A DNA stretch of 64,000 nucleotides from an uncultured Candidatus Saccharimonas sp. (GTDB lineage: Bacteria; Patescibacteriota; Saccharimonadia; Saccharimonadales; OMJO01), in contig CALRAM010000001.1 in assembly GCA_943353165.1 (NCBI GenBank), positions 45,483 to 109,482 on the forward strand, in the 5' to 3' direction. Positions 28,105 to 33,800 of the stretch are shown here, in pieces (the stretch's first letter is position 1; the number at the start of each line of letters is the position of its first letter). The notes beneath the pieces were generated by a model. The model saw only the letters and a list, made by a program, of their open reading frames with translations. It was not told the origin of the DNA and did no database searches. A program made the position numbers and the translations under genes.

Positions 28105-28151
28105 AAGTCCTTTTCAAAAGCCTCTTGAACCTTCATAATATTATACAGTGC

Positions 28152-28236
28152 GCGGATGTGGTGGAATTGGTAGACACGCTAGCCTTAGGAGCTAGTGCCG
28201 CAAGGCGTGAAGGTTCAAGTCCTTTCATCCGCACCA
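28152..28236 (+). tRNA. tRNA-Leu, anticodon TAG (UAG), class II long variable arm, CCA encoded
   Basis: Manual fold. Acceptor GCGGATG/CATCCGC. D stem GTG/CAC with GAATTGGTAGA loop. Anticodon stem CTAGC/GCTAG with loop CTTAGGA. Variable arm TGCCGCAAGGCGT. T arm GAAGG-TTCAAGT-CCTTT. Discriminator A followed by CCA. Confidence 0.9.
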
Positions 28237-28239
28237 ATC

Positions 28240-28270
28240 AAAAAATGCTCTCTTTTGAGAGCTTTTTTTG
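28240..28270 (+). terminator. intrinsic terminator after tRNA-Leu
   Basis: GCTCTC-TTTT-GAGAGC followed by a T run and preceded by an A run. Confidence 0.7.
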
Positions 28271-28297
28271 ATTTGTTCTGGAAGGTCTTGAACCAAA

Positions 28298-28422
28298 CCC
28301 TAAGGCGTGAAGGCGAGAGCCGCCTGTGGCGGGTTGCAGGGAAACCTTTCAGATTATCTACTTGTTGATAGTATGAAAGTTTTGGGGTCGCGGAACGTGA
28401 CCAAGTCCTTTCATCCGCACCA
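28298..28422 (+). repeat. tRNA-Leu 3'-portion-like unit carrying structured element copy C; ends in an exact copy of the tRNA 3' end (AAGTCCTTTCATCCGCACCA)
   Basis: CCCTAAGGCGTGAAGG-CGAGA-GCCGCCTGTGGCGGG-TTGCAGGG-[~42-nt hairpin]-GGGGTCGCGGAACGTGACC-AAGTCCTTTCATCCGCACCA. The element core spans 28314-28402. Confidence 0.65.
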
Positions 28423-28455
28423 AAACAAGTGACCCCGAAAGGGGTCTTTTGTTTT
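28423..28455 (+). terminator. intrinsic terminator after unit C
   Basis: GACCCC-GAAA-GGGGTC followed by TTTTGTTTT. The sequence is unrelated to the terminator at 28240. Confidence 0.7.
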
Positions 28456-28490
28456 GGTGGTCGAAATGCCCAGAACCTTCACCCTAAAAA

Positions 28491-28648
28491 GGCGTGAAGG
28501 GGAGAGCCGCCTGTGGCGGGTTGCAAGGCAACTTTACAGATTTCAAACTTGTTTGAAGTATGTAAATTGAGGGGTCGTGGAACGTGACCGAGCCCCCTGT
28601 CTTTCTGACAAGAAGGCCAGGCAGGACGGACAGGTTTCATTCACACCA
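28491..28648 (+). repeat. tRNA-Leu 3'-portion-like unit carrying structured element copy D plus a further ~45-nt hairpin insertion; degenerate 3' end TTTCATTCACACCA
   Basis: GGCGTGAAGG-GGAGA-GCCGCCTGTGGCGGG-TTGCAAGG-[hairpin]-GGGGTCGTGGAACGTGACC (core 28501-28589), then GAG-CCCCCTGTC..GGACAGG-TTTCATTCACACCA. Confidence 0.6.
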
Positions 28649-28686
28649 ACCATATATTGTATGAACTGACACAAAATAACACCTAT

Positions 28687-28712
28687 AGAGGAACGTCCTC
28701 TTTCTCTTGTTT
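28687..28712 (+). terminator. weak intrinsic-terminator-like hairpin downstream of unit D
   Basis: AGAGGA-ACG-TCCTCT followed by the T-rich tract TTCTCTTGTTT. The T tract follows the stem only on the + strand, so it is not the terminator of the LOG gene on the - strand. Confidence 0.4.
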
Positions 28713-28750
28713 CTGTTCTACACCCAATAGACTTGTAATTGATTTTTTAC

Positions 28751-29329
28751 TCATACAAATTTGTCCGCTAGTTCTTTTGTCTGATAATTCTTAAAATAAT
28801 TTAAGATATCATTCAAATCACTGCCAATAAACACAAAATCACTAAAAGGCACTTTTGAGAAATCTTTCTGTTGCATTTCATCTAGGAATTTTATGAGCGT
28901 ATCGTAAAAACCATCATAGTTAAAAATAGCAATCGGTTTGTCGTATAGTTTATTTACTTTACCACCAACAATTTCTCCAATTTCTTCAAATGTTCCGTAG
29001 CCGCCGGGCAAAATAATAAATGCGTCTGATTCAAAAACTATACGATGTTTGCGGTCGTCCATAGTTTCTTCTAAGTATGTTTTATCAAGTCCATCAAATG
29101 CTACATAGCCTTTGGTAACTGCCATCAAATCTTTTGCCATCACGCCAGTCAAATCATTGCCGCCAGCGTCTTTATAGGCTTTAGCAAGTTCAGACATCAT
29201 CCCATAGTCTGTTCCACCATAAACAATACCCATTTTTTCATTAGCAAGTCGTTCGGCAACTTCTATAGTCAAATCAATATATTCCTGCCCAACTGACAAA
29301 GAAGATGTAAGAGTTATACCCACTTTCAT
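28751..29329 (-). CDS. LOG-family protein (TIGR00730-type Rossmann-fold nucleotide-binding / phosphoribohydrolase)
   Basis: GIVYGGTDYGMM and the PGGYGTFEE motif (LOG family PGGxGTxxE). I chose the ATG at 29329 (MKVGITL..) inside tracked ORF 28751-29356. Confidence 0.85.
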   Translation of the reverse strand: MKVGITLTSSLSVGQEYIDLTIEVAERLANEKMGIVYGGTDYGMMSELAKAYKDAGGNDLTGVMAKDLMAVTKGYVAFDGLDKTYLEETMDDRKHRIVFESDAFIILPGGYGTFEEIGEIVGGKVNKLYDKPIAIFNYDGFYDTLIKFLDEMQQKDFSKVPFSDFVFIGSDLNDILNYFKNYQTKELADKFV

Positions 29330-29421
29330 AAATCTAATTATACAACAATTACCCAAAAATCTTTTCAGCCAAAAACTAAAAACCCTACAGAGCAGTTCAG
29401 CGAGTCGCCCAGAACCCTAAG

Positions 29422-29520
29422 GCGTGAAGGGGGGACCCGCCTGTGGCGGGCCGGACGTAAACAAACTCTTGAAAACTGGTTTTCAAAGATGTTTTTCTGG
29501 GTGAGATGAGAAGGGGGCTC
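29422..29520 (+). repeat. structured element copy E (5' part and HP2 conserved, linker and HP3 degenerate)
   Basis: GGCGTGAAGG-GGGGA-CCCGCCTGTGGCGGG-CCGGACG-[AAACAAACTCTTGAAAACTGGTTTTCAAAGATGTTTTT]-CTGGGTGAG.. HP2 is homologous to that of copy B. The 3' end coordinate is approximate. Confidence 0.5.
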
Positions 29521-29602
29521 ATTGTATAGGGACACAGACAAGATTATTCTACATCATCGATTACTAAAACCTATTTATGATGTATTATAAATAGGAATAA
29601 CT

Positions 29603-30910
29603 ATGGCACTATCTACACAACCATACAAAGGATCTAGGGATTTTTACCCAGAAGACAAGCGTCTCCAAAAACATATATTTGGAGTCATGCGTTCTATCTC
29701 TGAAAAATACGGCTACCAGGAATATGATTCGCCTATTTTAGAACCTACAGAAATATATTCAAACAAAACAAACGAAGAGATTGTAAACGAACAAACATAC
29801 ACATTCGAGGATCGGGGTAATAGAAAAGTTACTATTCGCCCAGAAATGACTCCATCAGTCAGTCGAATGGTTGCAGCCAAAAGGCAAGAGCTTCCATATC
29901 CGTTGCGTTGGTACTCGTTGCCCGTCAACTGGCGATATGAACGCCCTCAACGTGGCAGACTACGTGAATTTTGGCAACTAAACGTTGATTTGTTTGGTAT
30001 CGCAGGCTTAGAGGCAGAAGCAGAAGTCATCCAAGTCGCAGACGATATCATGAAGGCTTTTGGCGCTAAACCAAACATGTACAAAATAAAGATTAACAGC
30101 CGCAATTTGATGGATTACTTTATCAGCGATAGTTTGGGCATGGATAGCGTACAGTCGTCTGTACTAGTTCCGTTAATTGACCGGATGCATAAAATGGATT
30201 TTGCAGAATTTTCTGGGCAAGTAGAAGCGATATTTACACCTTCACAACGCGAAAATTCCGGACCTGATCAGTTATTTGAATTTTTAAAGATAACTAGTAT
30301 CGACGACCTACCCATTTCAATAAAAAACCATCCCTCTGTGATTACGCTAGTCAATTTGATAAAAAGGCTGACAAACGCGGGAATTACAAATGCTGTGTTC
30401 GAACCAACACTAATGCGAGGTTTTAACTACTACACAGATGTAGTATTCGAGGTTTTTGATACCCATCCAGACAATAATCGTTCTATGTTTGGTGGAGGGC
30501 GCTACGATGGCTTGGTAGGCGCCTACGGAGTAGAATCAGTCCCGACAGTCGGATTTGGCATGGGAGATGTGACAATATACAATTTTTTGGAATCACACGG
30601 CCTTACACCAACAGTCAAAACAGAAACGGATGTATGCGCGATTATTATAGGCGATACGCTAGAGCCCGCCCTAAAAATTATTTCTGAGCTAAGAGAAATG
30701 GGACTAAATGTTGCAGTGGCCAGTACCGAACAAAAGATAGACAAACAGATCAAAATAGCTGTCAAAAACGGCATAAAATTTGCAGTATTTTTAGGAGAAA
30801 AAGAGATAAAAAATCAACAAGTACTACTCAAAAATTTAGAAAATAGTACAGAAGAAATCGTCAGTTCACAGAGAGCAGTCAGCATCATCAAAGACTTTCG
30901 TATAAAATGA
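29603..30910 (+). CDS. hisS: histidine--tRNA ligase
   Basis: 435 aa with class II motifs (KGSRDFYPED, WRYERPQRGRLREFWQ, GGGRYDGL) and an anticodon-binding C-terminal domain. Confidence 0.9.
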   Translation: MALSTQPYKGSRDFYPEDKRLQKHIFGVMRSISEKYGYQEYDSPILEPTEIYSNKTNEEIVNEQTYTFEDRGNRKVTIRPEMTPSVSRMVAAKRQELPYPLRWYSLPVNWRYERPQRGRLREFWQLNVDLFGIAGLEAEAEVIQVADDIMKAFGAKPNMYKIKINSRNLMDYFISDSLGMDSVQSSVLVPLIDRMHKMDFAEFSGQVEAIFTPSQRENSGPDQLFEFLKITSIDDLPISIKNHPSVITLVNLIKRLTNAGITNAVFEPTLMRGFNYYTDVVFEVFDTHPDNNRSMFGGGRYDGLVGAYGVESVPTVGFGMGDVTIYNFLESHGLTPTVKTETDVCAIIIGDTLEPALKIISELREMGLNVAVASTEQKIDKQIKIAVKNGIKFAVFLGEKEIKNQQVLLKNLENSTEEIVSSQRAVSIIKDFRIK

Positions 30911-31356
30911 CGGCTAGTAATCATGTCGTAACTGGAGCATTGATTGGAGCTATAGTTCCCGTTCCTGTTGTTGCTATCCCTCTTGCGCTTGCCTCCCATC
31001 TGGTTCTGGACGCATCTCCGCATTTTGGCTCAAAAAATATGACCTTAACTGATACGAAGTTCATGGCCATCTTGGGGACTGATATATTTGTTTCACTTAT
31101 GATTTTATCGGCAGTGTATATAGCTAGACCGACAAATTGGATATTGATGCTAGTGTGTGCGGTGGTATCTGCCAGCCCAGATTTGGTGTGGCTACCTTAT
31201 TGGATAAAAGAACTAAGAGGAAAAAATTTCAAACGCAGTCGTCTAGCGCATTTTCTGGGGTGGATACAATGGGGCGAGAGACCATGGGGCTGGCTAGTAG
31301 AGATAGGCTATTTTGTAGCCATTATATATTTTCTCAGATCTTATCTGATGGTTTAG
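30907..31356 (+). CDS. hypothetical integral membrane protein (possibly YdjM/DUF457-like metal-dependent hydrolase)
   Basis: 149 aa with 3-4 TM helices and SHLVLDASPH near the N-terminus. The start overlaps the hisS stop (ATGA). Confidence 0.55.
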   Translation: MTASNHVVTGALIGAIVPVPVVAIPLALASHLVLDASPHFGSKNMTLTDTKFMAILGTDIFVSLMILSAVYIARPTNWILMLVCAVVSASPDLVWLPYWIKELRGKNFKRSRLAHFLGWIQWGERPWGWLVEIGYFVAIIYFLRSYLMV

Positions 31357-31394
31357 CTAGCTAATTACTGATTTATTTGATAGAATTCAAAACT

Positions 31395-32675
31395 ATGCAA
31401 GTTTCTAAAAAGTCATTAAATTCAAATCAGGTAATTATCTCCATAGCCGCAGACGAATCAGAACTGTCTAAAATAAAAGGCAAGGTCCTGACTAATTTGT
31501 CCAAAAGTATCAAGATTCCTGGTTTCAGAAGCGGTAAAGCTCCATCAAAATTAGTAGAAAAGACGGTAAATCCCGCAACGCTACAGTCAGAATTTTTAGA
31601 CGATGCTATAAATAGTTTGCTCCGGCAGGCTATATCAAAAGAAACTTATAAGGTTATTGGTGACCCAGAAATTTCATTAAAAAAGTTTGTTCCCTTCACC
31701 ACATTAGAATTTGAAGCAATTTTTCCCATTATTGGAGAGATTATTTTACCCAATTATAAATCAATGAAATTTAGCAAGAAAAAGGTAGCTGTTACAGAAA
31801 CAGAAGTCACCGGCGTAATAGACATGCTTCGCAAACGTTTGGCTGAAAAATCAGATGTAACCAGAATAGCCAAAAAAGATGATGAAGTTACTATTGATTT
31901 TAAAGGGACTGACGACAAGGGTAAACTAGTAGCAGGAGCTGAGGCTAAAAACTATCCTCTTATACTAGGTTCAAATGCATTTATTCCAGGCTTTGAAGAT
32001 AATATCTTGGGCATGAAAACTGGAGACGAAAAAAACTTTGATATCAAATTTCCAAAAGATTACAATGTAGCGGCTTTGGCATCAAAATCAGTAAATTTCC
32101 ACATAAAAGTAAATAATGTACAGGAATTATCTTTGCCAATTATAAACGATGATTTTGCTGCAAAAGCTGGCCCATTCAAAACTTTAACCGCGTTAAAAGC
32201 AGACATATTATCTCAATTACAAAACGAAAGGTCGCAGGAAGTTGAACGTAATTATGAATCAGAAATAATACAAACTATTACAAAAAAAGCTAAACTTTCA
32301 GTTCCAGTGTTACTTACAAATAGTACTGTCGAACAGATGATACGAGAACAAAAACAAAATCTAACGTATAAAGGTCAAACTTATAAAGAATTTTTGGAAC
32401 TAGAAGGTATTACAGATGAACAAAACAAAGCTCAGATGATACCAGATGCCGAAATGCGCGTAAAAGCCAGTTTGGTCCTAGCAGAAATTGCAGATATAGA
32501 AGGTATAAAAATCACAGAAAAAGAACTTAACCAACGAATTGATTTGCTAAAAAATCAATACAAAGATGAGTCCATGCAGTCCGAGCTAGACAAGCCAGAA
32601 AGTCGTAGTAACATTGCTAGCCGGATATTGACCGAAAAAACAATCGATTTTATAAAGGAGACTGTGTCGAAATGA
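31395..32675 (+). CDS. tig: trigger factor
   Basis: Ribosome-binding motif GFRSGKAP, FKBP-type PPIase region (GFEDNILGMKTGDEK) and a C-terminal domain. I chose the ATG at 31395; a TTG at 31377 is also possible. Confidence 0.9.
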   Translation: MQVSKKSLNSNQVIISIAADESELSKIKGKVLTNLSKSIKIPGFRSGKAPSKLVEKTVNPATLQSEFLDDAINSLLRQAISKETYKVIGDPEISLKKFVPFTTLEFEAIFPIIGEIILPNYKSMKFSKKKVAVTETEVTGVIDMLRKRLAEKSDVTRIAKKDDEVTIDFKGTDDKGKLVAGAEAKNYPLILGSNAFIPGFEDNILGMKTGDEKNFDIKFPKDYNVAALASKSVNFHIKVNNVQELSLPIINDDFAAKAGPFKTLTALKADILSQLQNERSQEVERNYESEIIQTITKKAKLSVPVLLTNSTVEQMIREQKQNLTYKGQTYKEFLELEGITDEQNKAQMIPDAEMRVKASLVLAEIADIEGIKITEKELNQRIDLLKNQYKDESMQSELDKPESRSNIASRILTEKTIDFIKETVSK

Positions 32676-32893
32676 CAGAAAAAGAGGCAATAGCAGAAAA
32701 AGCTAAGGAACAAGGCAGGTTGATGTTGGGTGGCATAGCATTGGCAGGCACAGTCATGATAGGCTTTGGAGTAGCAGAGCTAGCATTGAACGGCATAGCT
32801 GCAGCCGAGACGGTGTTAGGTTTTAGCTTTGTTCTTCTAGGGTCTACTGCCTTAGCAGCAAATAAGATAAATAGTCGTTCCCTAGAAAAATAA
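32672..32893 (+). CDS. hypothetical small membrane protein
   Basis: 73 aa with two Gly/Ala-rich hydrophobic helices. The start overlaps the tig stop (ATGA). Confidence 0.45.
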   Translation: MTEKEAIAEKAKEQGRLMLGGIALAGTVMIGFGVAELALNGIAAAETVLGFSFVLLGSTALAANKINSRSLEK

Positions 32894-32903
32894 CTGAAAA
32901 TAA

Positions 32904-32930
32904 TTAGCACTCTTGACTAGAGAGCGCCAG
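32904..32930. promoter_or_regulatory. CIRCE-like element (TTAGCACTC-N9-GAGCGCCAG) overlapping the candidate clpP promoter
   Basis: The left arm matches the CIRCE consensus exactly; the right arm matches 6/9. It shares TAGCACTCTTGAC with the clpC upstream site. TTGACT at 32913-32918 and TATCAT at 32937-32942. Confidence 0.35.
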
Positions 32931-32963
32931 ATTATGTATCATGTAGGTTCAAAGGATATAAAT

Positions 32964-33566
32964 ATGCCAAACAGCTCGATGTTGATACCAACAGTCATAG
33001 AAAACGAAGGCCGAAGCGAAAGAGCCTATGATATTTATTCTAGACTTTTAAAAGATCGAATTATTTTTTTGGGAACAGAAGTAAACGAGCACACAGCAAA
33101 TCTAGTTGTGGCTCAACTACTGTTTTTGGATAACCAGAATTCTACAAAAGATATATATTTGTACATAAATAGTCCCGGCGGAAGTGTTTACGATGGTATG
33201 GCTATTTATGACACTATGAATTTCGTTAAATCAGATGTGCAAACGGTTGGCATCGGGCTGCAAGCCAGCATGGGAGCTTTTTTGTTAAGCTCTGGCGCCA
33301 AAGGAAAACGGTCTTTGTTGCCACATAGCAAGGTAATGATTCACCAGCCTTCTAGTGGAACGAGAGGCAAAGTTACTGATATGGAGATAGATCTAAAAGA
33401 ATCTCTAAATGTAAAAAAACTACTAAACGACATTTTAGCAAAAAACACTGGACAAAAATTATCCAAAATAGAGGTAGATGTAGACCGCGATTATTGGATG
33501 ACAGCCCAAGAAGCCAAAAACTACGGTTTGGTTGACACGGTTATATCCAAAGTACCTAAATCATAA
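32964..33566 (+). CDS. clpP: ATP-dependent Clp protease proteolytic subunit
   Basis: [31 protein letters not shown] plus catalytic Ser/His context ([16 protein letters not shown]). I chose the ATG at 32964, preceded by AAAGGA. Confidence 0.95.
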   Translation: MPNSSMLIPTVIENEGRSERAYDIYSRLLKDRIIFLGTEVNEHTANLVVAQLLFLDNQNSTKDIYLYINSPGGSVYDGMAIYDTMNFVKSDVQTVGIGLQASMGAFLLSSGAKGKRSLLPHSKVMIHQPSSGTRGKVTDMEIDLKESLNVKKLLNDILAKNTGQKLSKIEVDVDRDYWMTAQEAKNYGLVDTVISKVPKS

Positions 33567-33800
33567 AATGCTTGACATTATACGGTTTTTCTATCAGACT
33601 GGTGTATAAGAAGTAGTTTACAAAGGGCAGTGCTTTTATTTGTCAGCAAATAGCACCAAAATCACCTCTAGTAGTAACCTTCGCGCGCAAAATTACAACA
33701 ACTACAAAATCATTTTATAAAATTTAGTTTGGGCACTATGTGAAGTGTTTATGTATGAACATTCACTAACTAACAAACAGATAAGGGGATCCCGTTGCTT

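Larger units (their letters stand above)
27851..28113 (+). pseudogene. tRNA-Leu(UAG)-like gene interrupted by two copies (A, B) of a structured element and lacking a 3' acceptor strand
   Basis: 27851-27890 aligns with the intact tRNA from the acceptor 5' strand through anticodon loop CTTAGGA. 27999-28017 matches variable arm + T-stem 5' strand (GTGCCGCAAGGCGTGAAGG). 28105-28113 matches AAGTCCTTT. The expected GCTA of the 3' anticodon stem and CATCCGCACCA are absent. Confidence 0.6.

Noticed and set aside
27851-28113. Group I intron in tRNA-Leu (as in the cyanobacterial/plastid tRNA-Leu UAA genes)
   Set aside because: The insertions are only about 87-108 nt, far shorter than group I introns as I know them. 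They are not at the classical anticodon position. I cannot find P7/P3-like cores or a U.G splice-site pairing. Removing them would not restore the TTC of the T-loop or the anticodon stem. A novel small intron type is not excluded and is covered in the findings.
27771-28271. Three tracked ORFs (27771-27953 +, 27885-28136 -, 27978-28271 +) as possible small proteins, including repeated ..PATGG.. peptides
   Set aside because: They run through the tRNA-Leu gene, its pseudo-copy and the repeated hairpin element. The repeated peptide motif is just the CCGCCTGTGGCGGG hairpin read in frame. They have no RBS, and the ORFs overlap each other on both strands.
28590-28640. SRP (4.5S) RNA-like string GAAGGCCAGGCAGGACGGACAGG
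   Set aside because: The resemblance to the SRP helix 8 GGAAGCAGCC/AGGCAG motifs is only loose. There is no GNRA-capped helix with the symmetric and asymmetric loops, and the segment folds as a simple CCCTGTC/GGACAGG hairpin inside unit D.
27791-29520. CRISPR array
   Set aside because: The repeats are about 90 nt, internally structured, of unequal length and irregularly spaced. They are interleaved with tRNA-derived sequence and terminators. No cas genes are in the window.
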